Assembly (NCBI RefSeq): GCF_963676685.1
Contig: NC_092351.1
Coordinates: forward strand, 25,296,001 to 25,360,000
DNA: 64,000 nt
Direction: 5' to 3'
Origin: Mytilus edulis
Lineage: Eukaryota
Shown: positions 13,089 to 26,800 of the stretch, piece by piece
Layout of the letters: each line of letters starts with the position of its first letter
Numbering within the stretch: the first letter of the stretch is position 1
Position numbers and translations under genes: made by a program
Notes under the pieces: model-generated
The model's database searches: none
The model's input: only the letters and a program-made list of their open reading frames with translations
What the model was told of the DNA's origin: nothing

Positions 13089-16000
13089 ATGACGAGTCTG
13101 TTGAGCATACTGGGTTTGATAGCACTGGTTCCATTGGTAGCGTCAAACTGTTGTTTACCATCTCAATGGGAAGGTGCTGAGGGTTTTCATGTTGGAACAG
13201 TTATGAACGGAACAGTCAGAGTATCACAGGTATAGAATATGGAAATCATTGAAAGTAACTGACCAGTCAAAACTGAAAGTTTTTCGAATACGTATTATTT
13301 TTACCAAGTAAATTATTTTATAGATATTAACGAAAACTTAAACCTGTTTTATATGCATGAACACATTATTGAATTCATCATTGCTTGATTTCTCGTAATG
13401 GAATTATGTTAAAAATGAAGATAACATATTTGTTTTACTGTATTTACCTGCAGGAATGGTTTGAGCCGAATCTTTGAACGTCAAATTGCAAGGATGAATA
13501 AGAACGACTATATATATATATATTACCAAAAAGGACATTTATATAAACATAACTTAGTTGGCTAACAAAATACATATAAGTCAACAAGCGATTCTATAAC
13601 TGATATTTTATAACTGTGTCTTTCTATGTTGTGATGTTACACTATTGTTTCAGATAAAGGTGAAGGTTTGGTACCATTAAAACGTTTAAACCCGCTGCAA
13701 TTGTTTGCACCTGTCCTAAGTCAGGAATCTAATGTCCAGTAATTGTCGTTTGTTGATGTGGTTCATAAGTGGTTCTCGTTTCTCGTGACCGTTGTTTTCC
13801 CCGTTTGAATGGCTTTACACTAGTTGTTTTTTGTGGGCCCTTTGTAGCTTGCTGTTCGGTGTGAACAAAGTCTCCGTGTTGAAGACCGTAGCTTGACCTA
13901 TAATGGTTTACTTTTATAAATTGTGACTTGTGGCGAGTTGTCTCATTGACCCTCATACAACATCTTCCTATATCTTTCGGTGTGAGCCAAGGCTTCGTGT
14001 TGAAGACCGTACCTTGACCTATAATGGTTTACTTTTATAAATTGTGACTTGGTGGCGAGTTGTCTCATTGACACTCATACAACACCTTTCTATATCTTTC
14101 GGTGTGACCCAAGGCTTCGTATTGAAGACCGTACCTTGACCTATAATGGTTTACTTTTATAAATTGTGACTTGGTGGCGAGTTGTCTCGTTGACACTCAT
14201 ACAACATCTTCCTATATCTTTCGGTGTGAGCCAAGGCTTCGTGTTGAAGACCGTACCTTGACCTATAATGGTTTACTTTTATAAATTGTGACTTGGTGGC
14301 GAGTTGTCTCATTGACACTCATACAACACCTTCATATATCTTTCGGTGTGAGCCAAGACTTCGTGTTGAAGACCGTACCTTCACCTATAATGGTTTACTT
14401 TCATAAATTGTGACTTGGCGGAGAGTTGTCTCATTGGCACTCATACCAAATCTCCCTATATCTATTTGCCTTCGGGTGTTGAAACCTTATATTTTCTCAA
14501 TAATTTCTAAATCTATAGACGGATATTTAAAGAAAGGTTTGCTACAAATTATGACAGTACCGAAGTAAAACAAATGGTAGACAAAACTATGAGATTACTG
14601 CTACCCGGTGATCAATGAGCTACCGAAGGTTTTGTCATCATAACAAGTGGATTTTCCATATTTTTTGTTACTTAATCTTGTCATCATACTTTCCTGCAAT
14701 AAATATTCAAATTACAGAATTCTTATCCTCCTTATAAAACTTCGAGAGAAAAAAGAAAACCGGCAAGAAGTGTTATCAACGCCAAGTACTTGAGGTGTTT
14801 TTTTTTTTCAGAACCATATTATTTTGAGTCAAATCTATCCTTCTCCCATTGACTCTATTTATGACCACTTTGGGATCATAGTACATCTTTCAGTCAAAAA
14901 GAGCCTCATTTTGACTCTTTATATATTTTAACATCTTTGTTGTAGGGTTTTATGAATATATCTGCCGATACAACTGGTGAGAAGATTGCACTGAATATGA
15001 CTGTAACCACTGGAATTGTAGGAGCTAGAAAACATACATCAGAGATGTTTGTGTTACAAGACTATGGCCGTGTAAGTTATATATTCCGGCATTTGTTTTT
15101 ACTGTCATGCAATCTAAGTTGTCTAAGCAATATGTGTCATTTTAATGATTAAACAAAATTGTGCTAGAATTAATTACAAAATTGAATGCAAATATACTAG
15201 TCCGGAAATTTTACAAGGAGTATATGTTCATTTCAAACTTTAAATAAGTAAGTACACAATGTAAGCTTCAAAGTAAATTTTATTTTAAGTCGGCTTATCA
15301 ATACAATTGTCCCGGTAACAGATAAAACATGAACTCTTGTGATCTATTTAACCGACTATCATATAAAAACCATACAGCTTCATGCAAGGAATAATTGATA
15401 AAAGATTAAAAAGAACATGCAAATATGACGAAAGAAAATGAATCAAATAGTTTCCATGAAGTAAAAATTATAGATATGTCATTTATTTTGAAAACGGTAA
15501 TTTTACTTTTTTCAGAAGATGCAGTACGTTGTTGAGAAAGGCGTGTGTACAAAATCAGCAATGCAAGATCCATTTACATTCAACTGCGTTCCTAGTACGT
15601 ATTTAGATAAGATATACTGCATGCGTTTATATGTAGATTTGGTGGCCGTTTTAAGTAATGCGTAGAATATCTTTACTAAGTTATTACGATTTATATAAAT
15701 ACCAACTATTCTCTAGGTAAGAGACTTAAATTGATACTTAAGATTTCAGTATTCTTTCAGGTAATGCAACTGTTGTTATGAAGACGACGGTTGGGTCAGA
15801 TCATACACCAGGGACCATCTTTAAGATACCTTTTGGCAGTATTGGAGATGGTTATTTAACTATTACAGATAGTGGCTGTATCCCTGTTTTATATCAGGTC
15901 ACTGCTAATATCAATGGAAGTAAGTATGTGTATGTAAATCGGACCTCTGACAAACCCCTTGTTGGCCTCGAAGTGGCTGTATTAATGCACAAGATTTTGT

Positions 16001-17530
16001 ATGAAGTATGAATAAGTAACATAGTTTTGTGTATTAGGTTGTGAATTACACCAAAATAATGTTAAAAATCATTAAAGCATCATGTCGCTTGCACTCCATT
16101 TATGTGAAATAATTTAAGTCTGCTTATTTTGAAATTTTATCATTAAGTCAACATTGCAATAATGACTGGATAAACAAAATCAATGGAAAGGGGTTTTAAG
16201 ACTTCAAATTTGAAACTGACACAAAGAAACATTTCACAAAGCTATAAGAATAGATGATATTTATTAGAAAATATATGTGTTTGATATATTCCTAGAGGAA
16301 TCCATAATAAACTACCTTTTTATTGTTCTCTACACGCCACTTGATCCTTTGTATGAGGGTCTAAATTTAGGGGGACTTCATTTCTTTTTTTTCTTCTCTT
16401 TTTTTTAATCTTTGTAATTTTTGCCAATTATTCTCTGTTGCTTACATTTTAGCGACCAAATATTTGTATTCTTTATTTTTTGTCCATTTTTTTTCTATAT
16501 TCTTTATCCCACCATTATACTGTACCTTTGACCATTATTCTCTATTCTGTAAACCACACCAAACCCTTATGTACACCTGACCAGTAGATAATTTACAAAT
16601 TTGCTATGTAATATACTAATTTATCAATAAAATGACACCAATGATTTTAATTGTAAAACACTATAAATGTTCTAGATTGCACAAAGTTAAAACTATATAT
16701 GCATATATACAAAATCGCCAATGATAAGAGATTTTGGAAGACAAGACGTTAAGAACAAACAAACATCATTTTAACCCTTATGGTAAATTACAAAGCGCCG
16801 GATTGCCTAAAATCTTGAAGAAATGTAGTAACAATAACAGAAAACAGAGAACAACAAGAAGGTAATAACAATTACGGTACCAATTTGTCTGCACCAGATG
16901 CGCATTTCGACAATACATGTCTCTTCAGTGATGCTCGTGGCCAAAATATTGGAAATCCAAAGCTTATATAAAAGATGAAGAGCTATAATCCAAAAGTTCC
17001 AAAAAGTATAGCCAAATCCGTGAAAGGAATCAGAGCTTTGTATGAGGGTGTAACGTGTAAAACTAAGACAAATTTTGTTCATTACAGTGCAGACAATGGA
17101 ATCAGTAGGCATATATGATGTCAAACAAGGAATAAAAGACATGTCAGTGTTCACTGTTCCAGACATTTGTCGTACCCCAGGAACGGTTATTAACGTAAGT
17201 ATAGAAAAAACATATACACGAAGCGTTGACAGCTTTTTATTATTTCCAATTAATAAACCGTGGCAACGTTTTTTTTATGTTATTTTTACAGATATTGTTG
17301 AAATATTGAAAATTGAGTTCAGGGGAAAATAAAAAAAAAACTTTTATGTAGACATTCCTGTTCAGCATTCATTTCAAACTCAAAACTCAAATTAAATATA
17401 TGCAAAAACAAGGGTTCTTCATAATGAGACTGGAAGCTAAAAAAGTTTACTTTTGAATTAAATATTATTTTCACAGACTGCCAGACGTACTAGTGTGGTA
17501 TCAATGCACAACTACGAGAACTATGTATGA
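13089..17530 (+). CDS. Ependymin-related secreted protein (EPDR family), 221 aa, 6 exons
   Basis: Exons 13089-13229, 14946-15071, 15516-15594, 15761-15919, 17088-17194 and 17477-17530 (666 nt, in frame). Signal peptide MTSLLSILGLIALVPLVAS, then CCLPSQWEG, QDYG-RKMQY..GVCTK, NCVPSNAT, GCIPV and GIKDMSVFTVPDIC, the ependymin cysteine pattern. Several N-glycosylation sequons. Confidence 0.9.
13855..14463 (-). repeat. Five tandem ~122-bp copies of the end of an interspersed repeat (EPDR intron 1)
   Basis: Unit ttcggtgtgagccaagg...catcttcctatatct starts at ~13855, 13976, 14098, 14220 and 14342. Confidence 0.9.
16891..16934 (-). ncRNA. Minimal type I hammerhead ribozyme
   Basis: Reverse complement reads gcatca CTGAAGA gaca-tgtat-tgtc GAAA t-gcgc-a TC tggtgc: 6-bp stem I, intact CUGANGA/GAAA core, stem II, short stem III with palindromic GCGC loop, AUC cleavage triplet. 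Confidence 0.8.
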
Positions 17531-19031
17531 CATGCATGATTATCTGCATTGCCGTAATGTTAAAACGATAACTAAATTTCAATGTCAATACCAGAAATCT
17601 GTAATCATATGACTCACTGAAAACACAGATGTTATGTTCACCTCATATGGTGAAAGTAAAGGTTTTGGCAAACTTTAAAACAGATGAGAAAAACCGCCTC
17701 AGTTTCATTTATAAAAATTAACACATTTGATAACGAAACTGTATGGGAAAATATATAAGCAGATTTCAAAAACAAAACCCAACATACATCTATAATTCCA
17801 AGATATACGGTTTATATGTATTTCCCTTTCTTCTGAATAATCCAGTCGTTATATTTCGTACACTACGATCACTAAATTAACTACTTGAAGGCGGAGTTAC
17901 TCGGAGACCACAAGGGCTTGATTTATTCGAGTTATATTTCACTTTGAAAAAAGCGAAATGATGGCTTCTTTCAATAAACAAAGTGGCTCTACCGTAGTTA
18001 TGATATCTTACAGTACACTGATTTAAAAAAAAAAATGCATAATTTCAGGTTAACAGACCACAGATTAAAGTTGGATTTTAGATGAATGGCCAATGTTGTA
18101 GCTAAAAAAGTATTAATGTTATAATGGTTTTATGAGTGACAATAAATACATGTACATATAAAGTGTATCTACATATATGTATTCTCTTTATTGATATTGC
18201 CTTAGAATTTTGTAATAACATATATATAAGCAATAGAAGAGGATAAACTTTTTCTGAAGCTAAGTCATTAGTAGTTGACCCATTGAACAAATCATGCGCC
18301 AATTTCAAGCCAAGAACCTCGTCAATGGTTGTCTTTTGTAATGTCTTAATGCGATTTTTTGGAGGATATTGGTGTGTTAATGCAAGTCTTGAGTGTGACC
18401 TTCCGAATTTAACTTATTACTGATTTTGTACTTACATGAGCAGCACAAAGGGTGCCACATGTGGAGCAGGATCTGCTTATCCTTCTGGAGTATTATTTTC
18501 AACTTATGAGTTTGAATGTCCCTCTGGTATCTTTCGCCTCTCTATATTAGTCTAATATTTTTTCGCACGTTTTATTAAATGAAATACATTTCAAATTTAA
18601 TATCAAAGATTCATCTTTCTTGAACCGATTGTAATGAATAGCGTTTGTCTACCTATAAATGTATTCAAAAGTAAGAAGACGTAATTAAAAACGAACTGAA
18701 CTTCAAGTTAATTGTAAAGAAAATGTCTAATTTGTATTCGAACAAAAAATATCTTCACGAATCATTATTGGTCTTGCACTGATTTAATTGGAACATCTTT
18801 ATTGGAATGTTTGGAGAATGAGTCAGGATATTACCATAATGTCTTCCTATCTTTTATTTCAGAGTTTTTTTTATCGAAAAATTCCAAGGTCAATGATTTA
18901 TGACTGAAGGCTACGGGCCAAAGAATATCAATGAAAATGTGACTTGCAAACCTTAATATTACATCATACCAAATATCATATGTGGTTCCTTATTTAAAAT
19001 TACATATTCATTAGCTTTAACATGTAATTAA

Positions 19032-19342
19032 GGATGTTTGCTTCTCATGTTTTTGAAATTAATGCCAGATTTTTTTTAATCCTCTGGTTTTATACTTTTA
19101 TTGACATTACAACATTTTGCCAACCAACCCCTACTTTTCTTTTCATAATTTTATTACATATGGTTTAAAAAATCGTATTAGAAAATCTTATAAGATCCTT
19201 TATTTTTTTCATAGGTTTTGCAATCATATAATTGGCCAATTTTAAAAGTAGGAAAATTAATTCTAGAGAGAATAATTTCCTGCCAAACTTTTAGTGGCTT
19301 ATATCAGGAAGACATGTACACGGACCCTTAAAGCAAACATCC
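19032..19342. mobile_element. MITE with short TIRs (Kolobok-like)
   Basis: TIRs ggatgtttgctt / aagcaaacatcc, flanked by ttaa / ttta. Confidence 0.5.
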
Positions 19343-19465
19343 TTTATTATGCAAAAGTTTTAAAGTAATGATCAATGACTGGGATACCATATTATTATAA
19401 CTCCGTGCTTATTAGATGTGACAAAGCCTTTCAAAATCTCTAGACCGTGACTGAGAAGGTGTTAA

Positions 19466-19952
19466 GCTGGGGTCACACATTCACGATTTTTACTGCCGTC
19501 CTTGACAGGATCATTCCCGATAAAAATTTATTAAAAGTCTGATCAAGATCCTATGAATCGTGGATGGAAATTCAAACTTTAATTAAAATTTGTAAAAAAA
19601 AAATTTAATCACGACAACAATCAGATATTGTTCAGGAAGCGTCGATATTCAACCGTTTCCAAGCGAATTTATCCCGATAATCCCGTTCTAAATCCTCTTC
19701 TAATCCGATTTGTATCTTTCGCCAGGTAAAATTCGACCGAGCCTGTCACGACTGCGTCCCGATTCTACCGAATGTAATCCGACAGAGATCAGATAGTGAC
19801 AAGACAGTGAACCGACGCTGACGGAAGTTATCCGTTCGAAAACTGTCGGCATACTCTGGATGATCAGGTACTGTCGGAACGTAATCCTTTTCGTGTCGTA
19901 TCGCTGTTTGATCTCAAACGGGAGCAATAATCGGCAATGTGTGAACCCCGCA
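19466..19952. mobile_element. PIF/Harbinger-like MITE
   Basis: Imperfect TIRs gctggggtcacacatt / aatgtgtgaaccccgc flanked by taa / tta; GC-richer than flanks. Confidence 0.6.
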
Positions 19953-20149
19953 TTACCGAATAGTCTTCATAGAAAGGAGTCGTGACCATGTTAATGCGAC
20001 TGCATACCAAATTTCATTGACTGACCAAAAACCAATCTGCTGAAACATAATACTTTAACTTCACTTTCTGCTATATACTATAGATGATCTCTCACTAAAA
20101 TTCCTAGTAATCCAGAGTTTGGTGACTGCGTTTAACGCTTCTATCGCAT

Positions 20150-20480
20150 CGATCTTGAAATACAGAATTCCGCACTCTGCATCATATTTTGACTTGCATC
20201 TTATTCTTGAAATTGAGGGTAGGTCGAAAACAAAATTTTGTGACACAAGGTATGAATTCACCTTCCAAAATGTGAACTTTCCATATCTATGTAGCAACAT
20301 ATCAGCAGCGCCTACATATGAAATGAATATCTCCCAGCTGGAGCTCGTGTTTCCTATCATGATTTCCTTGATAGATTGCTGCTAGCAAGGAATCTATTGA
20401 CGCAAGGGTTCCAAGTGGAAATGTTAAAGTCGTTCCTTGGAAAGTTTTACATCACGGGTGTTGGTTGACGGTTATGAAAC
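20150..20480 (+). mobile_element. Penelope-like element RT C-terminal remnant
   Basis: SASYFDLHL...EGRSKTKFCD...VNFPYLCSNISAAPTY..ISQL, a decayed form of the PLE RT C-terminal motif also seen at 63880-64000. Confidence 0.7.
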
Positions 20481-20814
20481 TCTATCTATATACGAACGAA
20501 TGTTTTTGTGTAACAAAATTATGCAATCACAAATGTTAAATGAAATAATTCAATAAAATAAATCTCAAATATCCATTTATCATAGTGATATCAATGTGCA
20601 GACAAAATTAGGAGGAAAATACATGTTTCTTTGGAGTGCTGATCATAAAATAATATATTATTTACATATATATGAGTAAAATCTACATTTAATTGCTAAA
20701 TAAACCTACAAAATTGAGTTGAAAGATAAAACTAGTGTCTATAATTCTGCAACTTCAATAAAAATAAAAAATGTTCTCAAATACTTTAAAAAGATTTCAA
20801 GCTAACTGCATCAG

Positions 20815-23800
20815 TTAGGTGTCAAACCCGCTCGAAAGATGCCATGCATTACTTATCCTATCATGTACATACAACTGATTTTGGTAAAGGGCATACTTTG
20901 ACTGTCCAGCTTGATATATTTCCGCCGACTTTGGATCAAAGGGTGTCGGAGTGTTCTCTTTTGATTCTACTGCTGCAGTTTTTGGTCTTTCGTGTTTATA
21001 ATCATATTCTGTGTGTTTTTCAGTAAATGCTGAATGTGGTCTATTGTGATTTCCATGTCGTCCATAACTGCTGTAGTTTTCCGTTGCTGGTTTGTTCGAA
21101 GGTGAATATTTGTTTGCAGATGGAGAAGTATCTATGTTACTCCTTGTATTTGAAGAATACGTCCGATATGGAGAATCCTGAAACATCTCGTTTACACGAT
21201 GATCATTTTTATTTAAACCTGGACGGTCTATTTCTTCGTCATGCCTTTTACGTCGGTCAGTGGTATCATGTTGCTTATGTTGGGTTTCCCTAAGTAGGTC
21301 ATTAAACCTTGTTTCTGTTTCTTTTAATTGATTATGCTCGTATAAGTCCTTTCGTTCAACCTCTTTATTGTGCAATAATCGTTGACGTCTTTCACTTTCG
21401 GACTCTTGACGACCCCTAACCTTCATTTTATCGGTCGAAATGTTTCGTTTTGTTTTAGAGACGGAAGTTGAATATGACCTTTGAATCGGTTGGACAACTC
21501 CTTTTGTAAGAACTGGTCCATCCTTTTCAATCAATAATGGCAGCCAAACAACGAAAGAAACTGCGTCGCCTTGTACGGTAAATTCTTTATAACTATCTTT
21601 GTCATATAGCTCTCCTATTTTTGGAGGTTCATCAAACTCGAGAGGAGGATTATGGGTATTCATCAACCAGCAAATTTCAATACATTTATTTGTATACTCT
21701 GGTAATCTTTCTGCGTACAATGGTTTACGACTGGAAGCCATGTAGGTCTACAACAACAACAAAAAATATCAACATTTAACTGTTTTCCTGTGTATAGTAA
21801 TTGAATGAAAAAAACCGTAAAGAACATAAGTATCACGCGATTGGTGTTCAAATATAATTATATCTGATCTTCGATAATATAGGAATAGGAGATTGAGTCG
21901 ATTTTCATGATTTACCAATCACCAGGAGTACTCAAATCCAAGAATGTATAAGTACTTATTTACTTATTTTTAAGTTTGTTCTTCTGTTGTGACGATTCAG
22001 TCAGATATATGATACAAATGTATGTGTTATTGCTTTTTGTTGAATGCCGTACTATGACATATAGCTTTTTTTTCATCCACATCATTTTGCCTCTGGATTT
22101 TGCCTCTGGATAACATTCCATGGCCATTTCATATATTCTGTTAATACTGGTGCATCGCTCAAGGCAAGGCAAATACATTCGTATGTATAAGATATTTTCT
22201 TATAAGCAATTAAAACAAATATGAAAAATACTCAGAACAAGGTTCGTATGTGTGAACTTAAAATGTTGTTTGTTACGACTGTTGCTACATAAAGCATTTT
22301 CGACGCTTACGAAAATTGGAAACAAATGATTTAAAAAGAACCGGAATGTTTATGTCAGAATTCAATTAGTAAGACATTCTGTTGAGAATAACATCCGGTG
22401 AAAATCTAATATGTATATATTACCCTGCTTATGATAATAGTCATTAAATTGACAAAGAATGACTGGTATTTATCTTACCTTTTGCAAATTAAGAATCACA
22501 CTCTTAGCTTTCAATTTGATACATGTTTCAAGCATTTGCGAAATTTGTTTGTCTTCTCCGCTCCTGGCACTATCTGTGGCATGTCCTATAGAAGATACCT
22601 GAGGACAATAGTAAAGATGTAAAATGAGCAGAACTTACTACAAAAAAAATCGTTGTAGAAAACATAAGTAAACAAGAATGTGTCCATAGTACACGGATGC
22701 CCCACTCACACTATCATTTTCTATGTTTAGTGGACCGTGAAATTGGGGTTAAGACTCTAATTTGGCATTTAATTCAGAAAGATAATATCTTAGACAACAT
22801 GTATACTTATTAGTTTTAAGTTGATTGGACTTCAACTTCATCAAAAACTACCTTGACCAAAAACTTTAGCCTGAAGGGGGACGAACGGACGAACGAACGA
22901 ACAGACGCACAGACCAGAAAACATAATGCTCCTCTACTATCGTAGGTGGGCATAACAAATAATTTGCTGAAGGCAGAAAATATTTTTTAAACGGAAGAAT
23001 GAAGAATGTTCAAAAAGTTCTGATGTGAAAACGTATACGATTGATCTTTGACGCAAAAATATAAAACCGACTGTATGCAAGAAACCGCATGGCTTATATT
23101 ATGTTGGCAACAAAATTATAATTTTTTCCACTGAAAGAACTGCATCGTGTATTATTTTTTATTTTTATTTATAAGGACAATTTTCATCTCTCGTCTGTTT
23201 AGTAGATACAACAAAAATCTTTACAAAGAACGATACATAGTTAGATGGATTATCTGAACTTTTGACCAAAGTAAACCCCTTTGTAACTTCTTACAAACAT
23301 TCTTTCTCTGGTTAAATATGATCTTTAACTGTGACGGTTTTATTCCTTAAGTGGCATCGATCAGATGTGCATTCTTTCAAATTCGAAAGTCTTTTCTAAT
23401 TTTGTAATAACAAGAATGTGTCCAAAGTACACGGATGCCCCACTCGCATTATCCTTTTCCATGTTCAATGGACCGTGAAATTGGGTAAAAAATCTAATTT
23501 GGCATTTCAATTAGAAAGATCATACCATAGGGAACATGTGTACTAAGTTTCAATTTGATTGGACTTCAATTTCATCAAAAACTATCTTGACCAAAAACTT
23601 TAACCTGAAACTGGCATTTTCATTTTCTATGTTCAGTGAACGGTGCAATTTTGGTCAAAAGTCTAATTTGGCTTTAAAATTGGAAAGATTATGTCATAAG
23701 GAACATGTGTAATAAGTTTCAAGTTGATTGGACTTCAACTTCATCAAAAACTACCTTGACCAAAAACTTTAACCTGAAGCGGGACAGACGGACGAATGAA

Positions 23801-26800
23801 CAGACGGATGAACGAACAGACGGTACGACGAACGAACGGACGCACAAACAAAACACATAATGACCCTCTACTATCGTAGGTGGTGCATAAAAATAAAGTT
23901 TAGATGATTCTACGCTCTTCACTTATGCTACTATCAATGCGCAATCGGAATAGTTTAAAATAGTGATTTTATCATTTCCCTCAAAAATAGGATCCGTAGA
24001 TACTAATCAAAATGATGGACTTTTTTATCGATAATATATTTGTGGACTTAAAGAGGTTTATTTTATATTTTTTCAGTCAGTATTCCAATGAGAACCACTT
24101 GTGTAACCCATTGCCCGACTTATTTTTGTACTCATATCACACAAAGTTCTTACTAAATCGGCTCAAATAAAAATAACACGTCTGTATAAGTAAATTATTT
24201 CCACTTTCAGATACTGATGATGTTCACTCGCTCAGTAACTCCCAATTTTGTAGGTGCTTACATCCAGTATGTATCAGTGAACCAAGTCAGGAACCTGTAA
24301 ATGAGTGGTTGTCGTTTGGTTCTGTATTGTCATGTTTGTTATTCGTTAAAGTTTTGACATTGTTACAATTCATCACTGTCAAGCCGCTGAACAAATGGGG
24401 TGTCAATATGTTGAATTGTTTTTGAGAAAAAAAAATGACTTGAATATATGTTGAACGAATGGACGAACGTGGAGATTATAAACAGACCAGGCCACTAAAG
24501 TTGGGTTATGTAAACTGACCAAAACAGGTCAATTGTGTGGATTTCCTAATAAGCAAGCCAATATATTTTTTTAATAAAAAATTCATATGTTAATTTAAAG
24601 GGTCCCACTTTAAAGCTCCTTTGCATACTTTTTCTTGTATGTTAAACTATTCCGATTGACAAATAAAGTACACTTACAGGATTACTTAAAATATTTTCCA
24701 GACTTTGCAATGATTCCATATACGCCCTTTTACAGAATGTACTTGCATGCTGAAAGACAAATATGTTATTTCATATCATGATTACCATTGAAGAGTAATG
24801 CGATACAAAACATAAAGATAATAATTATTTTCACTTCTAGAATTATAATTATTATAAAGAAGCTCTAGCTTGGTCAAATATTACTGATGTCCTTATTAAA
24901 TATACATGGATATACACAGCTAATTTTGCATAGGTACTTTTTCTGTACCATAAATCTGTAGTACTGGAAATCTACTTTTAATATTGAGTACTATTTTGTT
25001 ACTTTAAAATTATTGTAATATTTAGGTATCTGTATTTTACAGTACTTGATTTATACTTGAAATTTAAGTACTACAGATTTTTGGTTTCACGGTTACATTT
25101 TCAGCATTTTGAAAGTTTGACAATTTCTTGATAGAGGGTTACTGCTCACAAGGAAGCTATTATACCAAGAGTTCCAAATGGTGAAGTTGAAATCATCCCT
25201 TCGTAAATTTTACGGACGCCATCACGAGTTGGTTGACCGTTATGGAATAACCGTTTCACAAATGATATCGGATATGTTCCTTACGTCGTAACTACAATCC
25301 CCTTCCCTCTCACGAATGTGACCTACCGAATTAGACTATTTACCGGATTTGTAATCACATAAGCAACACGACGGGTGCCACATGTGGAGCAGGATCTGCT
25401 TACCCTTCCGGAGCACCTGAGATCACCACTAGTTTTTGGTGGGGTTCGTGTTGTTTATTCTTTAGTTTTCTATGTTGTGTCATGTGTACTATTGTTTTTC
25501 TGTTTTTCTTTTTCATTTTTAGCCATGGCGTTGTCAGTTTGTTTTAGATTTATGAGTTTGACTGTCCCTTTGGTATCTTTCGTCCCTCGTTTTTCAAATA
25601 TCATAAAGCTATGATGTTCAAATATGGAATACAGTGATCATTGTTGGTATTATTTATGTACCAATATTTTAAGTACAAATCAAGTACTGGAAATAACAAG
25701 TACCTAAATATTACAATAATTCTAAATTAAAGAAATAGTACTAAATATCAAATATAAAGAAAATTTCAAGTACTACAGATTTTAAGTACAGAAATAGTAC
25801 CTATGCAAAAGAAGCTGTGTAGAAAAAAAAATGGGTTAAGACCTAGCATATATACTATGGTTCATAGTTTGGGCCATAATAATTATAATAACAAAGCTGA
25901 AATTTGGCTATTCTTGTCTTGTCCCTTTCACATTTGGCTCCTAGCATTTCAAAGTATTTACGCATCACTGGCTTTCAAATATTTAAGTTTGCGCGTTCTT
26001 GAAGGTTAATCTAAACAAAAAGCGATTCGGACGAACAAAACATATAAATAGTGTTTTTCATTCACGAATTTTAAATAGCTCTTTATCATCATAATGGAAC
26101 TAAATTATCTTTAAAAAAATTTAGTACTGACCTTTAACAATGTACCCTACTATGCAAATATTGAATTTAACATGTTGTTTGTGCAATAATTTATTTATCT
26201 TTGATTTCATCTCTGTTTTTAAATAGGAACTTTTAAATTACACTAAAGTAGAAATTTGTAAAAACCTTCATAATTTCCAATAAAAATCTGACACCAGCTT
26301 CTTCATCTACACGACCTTCAGTAGTGAGGCTCTCTAAAGCATCTGTCCAGTCATTGTCATACAAATTGTTGTACTTCTCTGCAAGCTTTGTAGATCTGTT
26401 AGGGTCACTAAGGTCAGCAATTCCTGCATTGTTTTCACTTAACTTGCCGCCCATTTCTTTGCTTAATCTGGTTAGATAGGAAACAGTTCGGTTAAATTTG
26501 TATTCATTCATTTATTCAGACTTTCACTTTTTATACTACTGTTGCCATTATTTAACATACGAATTAGAAGAGTAAGAAGCATAGTGATCATAGATCAATA
26601 TGAATGGTACTGCAATAGCAAGCAAACGACATAAAATTTAGAAGAACTATTATACTGTAGTTATGAATAAAAAAATGAATAAAAAAAATGGGGTTACCTT
26701 ACTCGTTTTCATTCTACATGTAAAATAGTTATCAAAGGTACCAGGATTATAGTTTAATAAGTCAGACGCGCGTTTCGTCTACATAAGACTCATCAGTGAC

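Noticed and set aside
13855-14463. CRISPR-like regularly spaced repeats
   Set aside because: The whole 122-bp unit repeats with no unique spacers; eukaryotic intron; no cas genes.
25375-25614. ORF MPHVEQDLLTLPEHLRSP as a host gene
   Set aside because: Lies in the 3' UTR of a Penelope-like repeat with other copies in the window (e.g. ~18450).
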